A stretch of 64,000 bases of DNA. It comes from Leucoraja erinacea (lineage: Eukaryota). Made by a program: the position numbers and the translations under genes. Under the pieces are notes generated by a model. It ran no database searches, was not told the origin of the DNA, and saw nothing but the letters and a program-made list of their open reading frames with translations. Positions 10,815-22,245 of the stretch are shown in pieces. The stretch lies in assembly GCF_028641065.1 (NCBI RefSeq), contig NC_073381.1, positions 31,124,001 through 31,188,000 on the forward strand, in the 5' to 3' direction. How positions within the stretch are numbered: the first letter of the stretch is position 1; each line of letters opens with the position of its first letter.

Positions 10815-12645
10815 ACGAAAGGTAAATCATGTCTGACGAATCTTATAGAATTTTACGAGGATGTAACTAGTAGAATGGATAGGGGAGAACCAGTGGATGT
10901 GTTGTATCTGGACTTTCAGAAGGCTTTCGACAAGGTCCCACATAAGAGATTAGTATACAAACTTAAAGCACACAGTATTGGGGGTTCAGTATTGATGTGG
11001 ATAGAGAACTGGCTGGCAAACAGGAAGCAAAGAGTAGGAGTAAACGGGTCCTTTTCACAATGGCAGGCAGTGACTAGTGGGGTACCACAAGGCTCAGTCC
11101 TGGGACCCCAGCTATTTACAATATATATTAATGATCTGGATGAGGGAATTGAAGGCAACATCTCCAAGATTTAATTAGAATTAGAATTAGAATTACCTTT
11201 ATTGTCATTCACGAAAAATTTCGTGCCTGCACTCATACATACAATAATACAATAATAAACAACAATAAACACAAATTAACATCCACCACAGTGAGTCCTC
11301 CAAGTACCTCCTCACTGTGGTGGAGGAAAAAATCTTAGGGCTGCAGTCTCTTCCCTCCTCTTCTCCCTCTGTTCTGAGGCGATTCCCCACCGGGCGATGG
11401 TACAAACAGTCCCGCGGCTCACCGAACCCCGCAAACGGGCCGGCTCAAACACCGCGGCCCGGGGTGGTCGAAGCTGCCGCCCTCCAGTCCAGCGGACGCA
11501 GCCGCTGGCCCGCGGCTGAACTCCGGACTCAGGTCACCGCCGCCAGACCGCCGTCCCAGCCACCGGAGCACAGTTCCAGCCCCTAGCCGGATCGCCCTCA
11601 CATGAGTGCCGTTCCTCCCTCGAGCTGGGCCGCTCCGACGGGAGCACCATACCTCCCTCGAGCTGGGCCGCCCCGACGGGAGCGCCATTCCACCCTCAAG
11701 CTGGGCCGCTCCGACACTAAGCTGGGGGGCAGTGTTAGCTGTGAGGAGGATGCTAGGAGACTGCAAGGTGACTTGGATAGGCTGGGTGAGTGGGCAAATG
11801 TTTGGCAGATGCAGTATAATGTGGATAAATGTGAGGTTATCCATTTTGGTGGCAAAAACAGGAAAGCAGACTATTATCTAAATGGTGACCGACTAAGAAA
11901 AGAGGAGATGCAGCGAGACCTGGGTGTCATGGTACACCAGTCATTGAAAGTAGGCATGCAGGTGCAGCAGGCAGTGAAGAAAGCGAATGGTATGTTAGCT
12001 TTCATAGCAAAAGGATTTGAGTATAGGAGCAGGGAGGTTCTACTGCAGTTGTACAGGGTCTTGGTGAGACCACACCAGGAGTATTGCGTACAGTTTTGGT
12101 CTCCAAATCTGAGGAAGGACTTTATTGCCATAGAGGGAGTGCAGAGAAGGTTCACCAGACTGATTCCTGGGATGTCAGGACTTTCATATGAAGAAAGGCT
12201 GGATAGACTTGGCTTATACTCGCTAGAATTTAGGAGATTGAGGGGGGATCTTAGAGAAACTTACAAAATTCTTAAGGGGTTGGACAGGCTAGATGCAGGA
12301 AGATTGTTCCCGATATTGGGGAAGTCCAGGACAAGGGGTCACAGCTTAAGGATAAGGGGGAAATCCTTTAAGACCGAGATGAGAAAAACATTTTTCACAC
12401 AGAGAGTGGTGAATCTCTGGAACTCTCTGCCACAGAGGGTAGTTGAGGCCAATTCATTGGCTATATTTAAGAGGGAGTTAGATGTGGCCCTTGTGGCTAA
12501 AAGGATCAGGGGGTATGTAGAGAAGGCAGGTACGGGATACTGAGTTGGATGATCAGCCATGATCATATTGAATGGCGGTGCAGACTCGAAGGGCCGAATG
12601 ACCTACTCCTGCACCTATTTTCTATGTATCTATGTATCTATGTAT
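10815..12645 (+). mobile_element. CR1 RT 3' half inserted in Tc1
   Basis: [24 protein letters not shown]-terminal RT and (tatctatg)n tail. The Tc1 flanks rejoin as ctttgcat|gcaatgac. Confidence 0.93.
11169..11712 (-). mobile_element. GC-rich structured retroposon, 5'-truncated (copy D)
   Basis: Minus-strand tail aatgacaataaagg(taattc)n. Hairpin 11283-11323. Three ~39-nt tandem repeats at 11615-11712. Confidence 0.8.
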
Positions 12646-14079
12646 GCAATGACTGCTTGAAGTCTGTGATTCAGGGACATCACCAGTGGCTGCGTATCGT
12701 CTCTGGTGATTATCCGCCAGGCCTATATTGCAGCCATCTTTAGCTTATGCTTGTTTTGGGGGCTAGTCCCCTTCAGTTTTCTCTTCAGCTTATAAAAGGC
12801 ATGCTCAATTGGGTTCAGATCAGGTGATTGACTTGGCCACTAAAGAATTTACCATTTTTTACCTTTGAAAAACTCCTTAGTTGCTTTAGCAGTATGTTTG
12901 GGATCATTGTCTTGCTGTAGAATGAACCGCCGGCCAATGAGTTTTGAGGCCTTTGTTTGAACTTGAGCAGATAGGATGTGTCTGTACACTTCAGAATTCA
13001 TTATGCTACTACCATAAGGAGATGTATCATTAATGAGGATAAACGAGCCAATATCTTCAGCATCCATCCATCCCCAGGCCGTAACACCCCCACCACTGTG
13101 TTTAACAGATGAGGTGGTATGCTTTGGATCTTGGGCAGTTCCTTCTCTCCTCCATACTTTGCTCTTGCCATCACCCAGATATAAGTTAATCTTCGTCTCA
13201 TCTGTCCACAAGAACTTTTCCAGAACTGTGGTTGCTCTTTTAAGTACTTCTTGGCAAACCATAACCTGGCCATCCTATTTTTGTGGCTAACCAGTGGTTT
13301 GCATCTTGCAGTGTAGCCTCTGGATTTCTGTTCATGAAGTCTTCTGCGGACAGTGGTCATTAACAAATCCATTAACCTGACCCCTGAATGTTTCTGATCT
13401 GTCGGACAGTTGTTTTGGGGATTTTTCTTTATTATGGAGAGAATTCTGTCATCAGCTGTGGAGGTCTTCCTTGGCCTGCCAGTCCCTTTGTGATTAGTAA
13501 GCTCACCAGTGCTCTCTTTCTTCTTAATGATGTTTCAAACAGTTGATTTTGGTAAGCCTAAGATTTGGCTGATGTCTCCAACCATTTTATTCTTGTTTCT
13601 CAGTCTCATAATGGCTTCTTTGACTTTCATTGGCACAATTTTGGTTCTCATGTTGATAAACAACAATAAAAGTTTCCAGAAGTGATGGAAAGACTGGAGG
13701 AAAGGCTGGGTGCTGAGAGCTCTCTTATACCTGCATGAAGGAGGCAATTAAGCACACCTGAGCAATCACAAATGCCTGTGAAGCCATGTTTCGCAAGCAT
13801 TATGGCGTCCTGAAATGGGGGGATTAGGTATAAACACAGCTGTAATTTCTACATGGTGAAACCAAAATGTATAAAAATGGCCTTTAATAAAATCTGATAA
13901 TGTGCATTTTGACCACATGTGATTTATTTTCTTTTACAAATCTCAAATTGTGAAGTACAGAGGCAAATAAATAAATGATGGGTCTATATCTCAAACATTA
14001 TGGAGGGCACAGTATGTAACCCATTTTAGCAGCTGATAAACAACTTGATTTATAACTCCAAGACATATGAAAGACAATT

Positions 14080-14305
14080 AGAAACATAGAAACATAGAAA
14101 ATAGGTGCTGAAAGCCATTCGGCCCTTCGAGCCAGCAGCGCCATTCATTGTGATCATGGCTGATCGTCCCCTATCAATAACCCGTGCCTGCCTTCTCCCC
14201 ATATCCCTTGACTCCACTTGCCCCTAGAGCTGTATCTAACTCTCTTAAATCCATCCAGCGACTTGGCCTCCACTGCCCTCTGTGGCCGGAAATTCCATAA
14301 ATTTA
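14080..14305 (-). mobile_element. CR1 3' end
   Basis: (agaaacat)n tail and the CR1 3' UTR motif ccattcggcccttcgagcc. Confidence 0.85.
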
Positions 14306-14785
14306 CATGTGACATAATCAAAAGGTCAATCTTAATGACTTAGACGGGGACGAGCAAGACAGAAGGTAGAAAAGCAAAAACATACTTGACCATCCTGGTG
14401 CCCCATAAAGCAATCACACTGCTATATCGACCCATGCAAAACATTAAAGCACAATCAATACAAATGTTACCATATAAAGTAGATTATCCAAGAAGTGATT
14501 CATCCCCTTTGTTGTCATATCTGGTTTCCTATGCAAGCAAGGTTGAAATCTATTGAAATTGTCATGATAGTTGACCACAAACTATGATTATTTTTCTTCA
14601 TTGTATCTGGAAAGGTCTTTCATGTAGCATGATTTAATATAATAGTTTTTATCTGTCACAGTTATTTTTCATCAAAATTACATCACCAGTCATGCTAACG
14701 AAAGGGAACTTGCATATGAAGCACTATACTGGAACAGACTGGAACAGTACTTCCAGACCCTGAACAGTGTTAGCCACAGATAGAA

Positions 14786-14875
14786 CTAGGCCAAGTGCAG
14801 ACCCGTTGGGTCTGCTCCCCCAACGTGCGGTTGTGGGGGAGGAGGCGGCATGCAGCGTCACACACACTAACTATC
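14786..14875 (-). mobile_element. Helitron 3' terminus fragment
   Basis: a|ctag at 14786 next to the perfect hairpin gcagaccc-gtt-gggtctgc (14797-14815). Same architecture as 16885-16913. Confidence 0.65.
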
Positions 14876-15018
14876 TAATCAACTTTCAAGAGGATTTTGT
14901 ATTGTTCGGTACGAAAAGGCCATAATATGAGAAATTGCATTGGTATTAATTGTTAGAATAGAGAAAGGACAGATTTGTAAAATAGGTTTTAATTAACAAA
15001 TACTTCATTGATCATTGA

Positions 15019-15113
15019 AGGTAGACAAAAGTGCTGGAGAAACTCAGCGGGTGAGGCAGCATCTATGGAGCAAAGGAATAAATGACGTTTCGGGTCGAGA
15101 CTCTTCTTCAGAC
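15019..15113 (-). mobile_element. Solo Penelope terminal unit with hammerhead-like core
   Basis: Near-identical to 7063-7158. Flanked by cattga direct repeats (15013-15018, 15114-15119). Confidence 0.8.
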
Positions 15114-15792
15114 CATTGAGACCATTCAAATACCATTGGGGTGCTCAACGAATGCAAATATTTACAACAAAATGCATTGCTCTTTTCAATTCTATGACCT
15201 GGGTTTGAATTTATCTCAAATGTATGAAACAATGTTTTTCTCTATCTCAGCAACTTCAGGCGTTATGACTGCAAGACATTGAAATAAGAGTCTTTACCTT
15301 TCTTTTGAGTTATAAAGTCAGTGTATATTGAGCAAGGCAGCATTTCATTCTAAACAATATATTCCTGGGGCAACTTTAATTACATGCCCAGCAGGAGGGA
15401 GGGGGAAGGAGGCAAACCAGTAGTAAGGCAGGTGAGAAGGTTGAGGCAAATACAGAATTTGAAGGGTGCCAGTTTAGTGGACTGAATAGACAAGAATATG
15501 ACAGGGAGTGAGGGAAGACTTATAGGAACTGATCAATGTATCCTAGGACATTGTGGGAAGCTAGGGAAGAAATTGTAGGGCACTGATAAAGATAATTGTA
15601 TCATCAATAGCCAAGGATGTGGTGACAGAAGACAGAGGGTGGTTAATTTTGTGCCTTTATTTAAGAGAGGCTGCAAGAAAAACCTGGAAATTACTGGCCA
15701 GTGAGCGTTCCTTCAGTTTTGGGTAAGTTATTGGCAGGGATTCTGAAAGCTAAATCTACATGCATTTGGAAACACAAGGACTTTACTAGGGA

Positions 15793-18093
15793 CTAAACCA
15801 GTGGGACCTGTTGTGCCCCGTTCCAACGCAAGATTCCACCACTCACCCATTCCCCCAACGCAACCCGTTTCCACCACTCACCCGTTCCCCCAACCCAATA
15901 TTCCATAACTCACCCATAGCCCCCAACTGTGCAGGCGCAGCTCATTTTCACTCATCCTCAACACTCCCTCCCCCTCATCTTCACCCTCCCTCTTCTCTCC
16001 CCTCTCTTCCTCCACTCCCTCCCTCTCTCTCCTTTTCCTTACCATGAATCACTCCCTCTCTCCATAACCGCCCTCTCCCCACCCCCAACGCAATATTCCA
16101 CCACTCATTCGTTCCCCCAATGCAACCCGTTCCAACACAACCTGTTCCCCAACACAATATTCCACCACTCACCCATAGCTCCCAATTGCGCAGGCATGGC
16201 TCATTTCCCCTCATCCCCCAACACTCCTTCTCCCTCCTCTTCACCCTCCCTCTCCTTTCCCCTACCCTCAGTCACTCCCTCCCTTCATAACCCCTCTCCC
16301 CTCCCTAACACCCCCTTGACGCATGAGGTGGAAGCTGCTGCTTTGTTTTTTTATGTAAATTAGATCCCATTGTGATGTCATTATGGAGTGCAGCACTGCT
16401 GACGGGCAGTTTAAGTAAATTAGATCCCACTGTGACAGCATAGCTGCTAAATGCCACCGCAACTTCAAGTGATTTTCTCAAAGTGGGGTTTTGTAAAGTT
16501 TAAAATGTGAATAACTTGTAAAATATACCATGAATCTGAACAAAGCTTGATACAACACACCACAGGAGAAATGGTGTAAAGTCAAGTCACTTTTATTTAT
16601 ATAGCACATTTAAAAAACAACTCTCGTTGGCCAAAGTGCTTTACTTTGGTAGAGGTACTAATGTTATACAACATTGGTTCATAGATTAAGTACATACATA
16701 AATACATACATATAGCCCTCACCCAGAGGACGTCAAGAAAGAATGGTGAGTAAGGTAGTCCAAAAATTGTAGCGCTATCGTGTACCGTTTTGGGGTAATT
16801 CAGGGCATGACTCACACACAGACAGGCAGTCAGACATGCAAACAGAGACTCACAAACAAACAATACAAGAGTTTTAGTAATATACTAGACTAAGTGGGAC
16901 CCGTTGTGTCCCAGCATCACACAGGAGGGCTGGACCCCCAACGCAATTTTCCACCTCTCCACCAATTCCAATATTGGTGGCCAGTGAGGGGGGTGGCTTT
17001 CTGGATCGCTAATATGGATGTTGTGGGCTGAAGGAACTGGTTTCCAGATGGCTAGTATGGACATTGTGGGCATAATGGATTCTTGGGCTGGCAGCGCAGT
17101 CACTCAAGCCTGTTGTGCTGGCAGCTCACTCACTTACGGCTGGTGGGCTTGCAGTTGACTCACGGCTATTCCTTGAATTTCCATTTCAAGCAGGGTGCAA
17201 GGCCACTAAATTCAAGGGCAGTTTCATACCATTTCAAGCAGGGTGCAAGGCCACTAAAGACAGCGAGTCGTGACCTCTCCCTCCTCCATCTTGCAGAGAC
17301 TGAGACACGCCCACACTTCTGGGTTTTATAGTCACTCCCACCAGAAGGGGCTTGGTCTTCATGGCATGATTGACAGGAGGGAGAATCTCAGCATTCTTTA
17401 AACACTAATAACTCTTTTATTTTTCACCGATGAGAAAAATCCTTGGCACCTGATGCGCGGAGGGGGACTCTTACTCAAAGATGGCCAAAAATTACACCTA
17501 TACATGGTAGCGTTTTTTCTAAGATCAATATAAAGCGCAAACAGGAAGTGGTCAAGATTAGACTTTTAATTATATAGAAGGCAAGGCAACTTTAATTAGG
17601 CAAGGCAACTTTAATTAGGCAACACAGCTTTAGCATATCCAAACCAAAGGCAATACAGTGTTAGCATTTCCAAACCAAAGGCAATACAGCTTTAACATTT
17701 CCAAACTATATTTTCAAACCACATTAAGGGCACTGACAGGTCAGTAAAACCATTCAGTTTAGTAGACATGTGTTCAGTATTATTCACAGCTCAGACTGAG
17801 AGATGTGACCCTCTCGCTCCCCCATCTTGCAGAGACTGATTGAGGCACTAAACACTTCCGGGTTTTATAATCCCTCCGGAAGGGGCGTGACCTTCAAGAG
17901 AGAGAAACTCAACATTTTTAAAACACTACTCTTATTTTTAATCGATGCGAAAAATACTCTTGTCCTGCGCAGCGGAGGGGGACTCTGAGTAAGATGGCCA
18001 AAAATCACAGTCGTAAGAGGCAGCGTTTTTTCTAAAATCAATATGCAGAACTGGAAGTGGTCAAGATCAAACTTTTAGTAATATAGATATAGA
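15793..18093 (-). mobile_element. Composite non-autonomous Helitron
   Basis: The host LINE rejoins exactly at A|T (actaggga|tggtcagc) with no TSD. Minus-strand 5' end TCTATAT...; 3' hairpin plus CTAG-like end. An inner unit 16885-18087 has its own hairpin and CTAG. No Rep/helicase ORF. Confidence 0.8.
16577..16741 (-). mobile_element. L2-type LINE 3' tail inserted in the Helitron
   Basis: Minus strand gtaaagcactttgg...aaatgtgctatataaataaaagtgacttgac. TSD aatggtg at 16570-16576 and 16742-16748. Confidence 0.7.
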
Positions 18094-18427
18094 TGGTCAG
18101 CGTGTCTTTGTGCATGGGAAATCATTGTGTCTCACCAACTAATAAAGTTTTTTTTAAAGAGGTCACCAAGACAATTGCAAAGTGCGGAGTGGTAGATGTT
18201 TTCCACATGGACTTTGACATCTACCACTTGGCACGTTAGTCTAGAAAGTTGTATTATATGGGACCCAAGGCGAGTCAGCCAATTGGATAAAACATCGGCT
18301 TGAAGGTAAAAATCTGGGGATGGCAGTGGAGGGTTGATTGTCAGATTTGTGGCCTATAATATCAGGTGTACCACAGATATCGGTGATGGGTCCACTGTTG
18401 TTCGTTATTTATATTATTGAGTTGGAT

Positions 18428-18828
18428 ATAGAAACATAGAAAATAGGTGCAGGAGTAGGCCATTTGGCCCTTCGAGCCAGCACCGCCATTCAATATGATC
18501 ATGGCTGATCACCCAAAACTCTCTCTTGAAAACATCCAGTGAATTGGCCTCTGCCTTCTGTGGCAGAGAATTCCACAGATTCACAACTCTCCGGCTGAAA
18601 AAGTTTTTCCTCATCTCAGTTCTAACAGGCCTACCCGTTATTCTTACTCTGTGACCCCTGGTTCTGGACTTCCCCAACATCGGGAACATTTTTCCTGCAC
18701 CTAGCCTGTCCAATCCCTTAAGAATTCTATACATTTCTAGAAGATCACCCTCTCATCCTTCTAAATTCCAGTGAATATATGCCCAGTTGATTCATTCTTT
18801 CATCATATGTCAATCCCGCCATCCCACA
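18428..18828 (-). mobile_element. Younger CR1 3' fragment
   Basis: YRILKGLDR...RTRGHR...RVVNLWNSLP and agaaacat tail. Confidence 0.88.
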
Positions 18829-20142
18829 TGAATGTAGATGCATGGTTAGTAAGTTTGTGAATGACACTAAAATTGATGGTGAAACGGACAATGAAAAGGT
18901 TATTTACGATTACAATGGGATATTGATCAAATGGGCCAATGGGCTGAAGAATGGCAAATGGATCTTAATTCAGGAAAATGCAAAATGCTGCATTTTGGTA
19001 GAACGGCTGAAAGTGCATTGGATATGGCAGAGCCCTGGGGGTATTGTAGAACAGAGAGATGTTAGAATTTAGGCACACAGTTCCATGAATGTGGTAACAG
19101 AGATATAGACAGGTGGTGAATAAGGTTACCGCCTTCATTGTTCAATGTATGGAGAATGAGTTAGGACATTACGTTATAGTTGCACAAGATGTTGGTGAGG
19201 CTATATTTGGAGTACTGTGTACATTTCTAATCGCCTGCTATAGGAAAAATGTCATTAAACTGCAAAATAGGTGCAAAAAAAATTTACGAAGATGTTACAG
19301 GGAGGAGAGCTGTATCTTTTCTCCCTGTGGAGGCTGAGAAGTGACTTTATAAAGGTTTATAAAACCATGAATGGCACAGATAAGGTGAATAACCACAACA
19401 TTTTCTCTACAGTAGTCTAAAATCAAAGGACACAGTTTTAACGCAAGATTAAAAATTAAAAAATGATCTGAGGGGCAACCTGTTGAAATAGAAGGTGGTG
19501 CATACATGGATCGAGCTGCCAGAGAAGCCTGTATATGCACAGACAATAGCAGCATTTAAAGGACACATAGACAGTTATGCAGGTAGGAGAAATTTGGGTG
19601 GATATGGGCCATGCACAGGCAAGTTGGACTATATCCATTAGACAACTCGGTTGGCATAGACGAATTGAGCCGAAGAGCCTGCTTCTGTGCTGTACACCTC
19701 TAGGACTCTGTTATCCTTGACTGCAATGTCAACTGCGTGACATTTTACAACAATGTTTATTGTGTTAATATTGTGGCAGCTCTTTAAAAAAATTGCCCAA
19801 CTGTTGATGTAATGAATATTCTGCCCAGCACATAACCTGCACATATGTAGCAAGACAGTCCACTCTGTGGCTTTAAGTCATTAAAATAATAAAATCATGT
19901 TGGTAAACTGATTACAATTTCCATTGACGTTTGCCTTAAATTCATTAGGTCAACATTTAAGATAAGGACTAGACACAAGGGAGATTAGAAGAAACCTTTT
20001 CCACACGTGAGATATCAGAATGTAGATTCTCCTGCCACAAGTAGTAATCAATCCAAAATTAGTTATAGCTTTCAAAAATATACTGAATAATTAGTGAAGA
20101 GAGGTTATAAAAAAATAATGGAGAGAAAGCAGGAAATTGTGA

Positions 20143-22245
20143 TTTCAATTCAATTCAATTCAATTCAACTTTAATATCATCGCACAAATACAAGTATGAG
20201 TACAACGAAATGCAGTTTTGCGTCAGTCCGTAGTAGTTGTACATAAAGAAAACAAAAAAAAATAGAAAGAGAGAAGATACAGAATAATCAGGAAATACAG
20301 AATAATTAAACAATGGGGACAGAGGGACCAGAGAAATCTATCGGCGGGACTCCGAGTTCAGCAATGTGATTGTGTTGTTGTAGAAGCTGTTCCTCATCCT
20401 ACTAGTACGTGACCTGAGGCTCCTGTACCGCCTCCCTGATGGGAGGAGGGCAAACAGTCCATGGTTGGGGTGTGAGGGGTCTTTGATGATCTTCCCAGCC
20501 CGTCTCAGACACCGTTTTCGGTGGAGGGCATCCATGGCAGGGAGCGGGGCACCAATGATGTGCTGCGCGGTTTTCACCACCCGTTGTAGTGCCTTCCTGT
20601 CCGCAGCAGTGCAGCTGCTGTACCATACCGTGAAGCAGGTGGTCAGGATACTCTCTATGGTACAGCGGTAAAAGTTGGTCAGGATCCGGGGGGACAGGTG
20701 GGCTTTCTTGAGCCTCCTCAGGAAGTAAAGGCGCTGCTGTGCCTTTTTGATCAGCTTGGAGGTGTTGAGGGACCAGGACAAATCCTCCGAGATATGTACT
20801 CCGAGGAATTTATAGCTGGAGACGCGCTCCACCTCAGTCCCGTTTATATGGATGGGGGGATGACTGCCTCCTCTGGTCTGCCTGAAGTCAACAATAATCT
20901 CCTTCGTCTTTTTGGAGTTGAGGACGAGGTTATTGTTGGCACACCAGGCTGTCAGGTGCTGGATCTCATCCCTGTAGGCTGACTCATCGTTGTCGCTGAT
21001 CAGTCCTACTACCGTGGTATCGTCAGCAAACTTAATAATGGCGTTGGATCCGTACTTTGGGATGCAGTCGTGGGTGAAGAGGGAGTAGAGGAGAGGGCTG
21101 AGCACACAGCCCTGTGGCACTCCGGTGTTCAGTGTTATAGTGGAGGAGGTGAGGTTATTGACCCTAACAGACTGTGGTCTGTTAGTGAGGAAGTCCAGTG
21201 TCCAATTGCAGAGGGAGGTGGAGATGCCAAGTCCATTGAGTTTGGTGATCAAGCTGGCGGGGATGACGGTGTTAAAGGCAGAGCTGAAATCAATGAACAG
21301 CATCCTGATGTAGGTGTTATTGCTGTCCAGGTGGGTCAGGGCAGAGTGTAGGGCCGCCGATATGGCGTCCTCTGTAGACCTGTTGGTCCAGTAGGCAAAC
21401 TGATGGCGGTCCAGTGTGGGGGGGAGGCAGGCTTTGAGGTGAGCCAAGATCAGCCGCTCAAAGCACTTTGCAATGACAGGGGTGAGTGCCACTGGGCGGA
21501 AATCGTTGAGACTCCCTGTAGCTGACTGTTTGGGCACTGGCACGATGGTTGATGTCTTGAGGCAAGTGGGGACAACACCCTGGGCCAGTGAGAGATTGAA
21601 AATGTCGGCGAGGACTGGGGATAGTTGTCCAGCACATGCCCTAAGCACCCGGCCAGGGATGCCATCGGGGCCGGCAGCTTTGCGCTCATTCACCTTGCTC
21701 AGTGCATCTTGTACAGCAGAGGTGGAGAGGCTGAGAGGTTGTTCATTCGGGGGTGGAGCAACTTTAATGGCTGGGGTTTTGTTGTCCCGGTCAAAGCGAG
21801 CATAGAAGTGGTTTAGCTCGTCAGGCAGGGTGGCGTTGTCTGGGGGAGGGGTGTTAACTTTCTGATAATCGGCAAGGGATTTGATTCCTTGCCACATGCG
21901 CCTGGGGTCAGAGTTGTTATGGAAATGCTCCTCAATCCGCCGTTTATGATTGAGTTTAGCAGTCCTAATTCCCATTTTCAGATTGGCCCTGGATGAGCTG
22001 TATCCCTCAGCGTCGCCAGATCTGAAAGCGGCATCGCGAGCCTTCAGTAGGAGTCTGACCTCCCTGCTCATCCACGGCTTCTGGTTAGGGAAGGTCTTTA
22101 TCTCCTTGTGGGTAGTGACATTATCGGTACAGAATTTTATATAGCCCAGAACTGTTGAGGTGTAGGAGTTGATGTCCACTTGTGAATTGAAGGTGGACTG
22201 AGTAGCAAAGAGACTCCAGTCTGTCTGCTGAAACTGCTCCTGTAA
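20143..22245 (-). mobile_element. Rex1/Babar-clade LINE, 5'-truncated, uninterrupted RT ORF
   Basis: ORF 20338..22269: [55 protein letters not shown]. Tail (ttgaa)n. Endonuclease domain absent. Confidence 0.92.

Larger units (their letters stand above)
10540..14012 (-). mobile_element. Tc1-family DNA transposon with long (IR/DR-type) TIRs, disabled DD34E transposase
   Basis: TA|cagtgcc...gggcacag|TA with ~220 bp inverted termini. LWTDETK, QQDNDPKH, WPSQSPDLNPIEHA motifs. HTH N-terminus starts at ATG 13651. Confidence 0.93.
15490..19710 (+). mobile_element. Old degenerate CR1-type LINE (pieces ~15490-15792, 18094-18425, 18830-19710)
   Basis: Decayed RT motifs in order (vplfk, nyrpvs, sqhgf, SKFVNDTKI), interrupted by a Helitron and a younger CR1. 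Confidence 0.75.
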
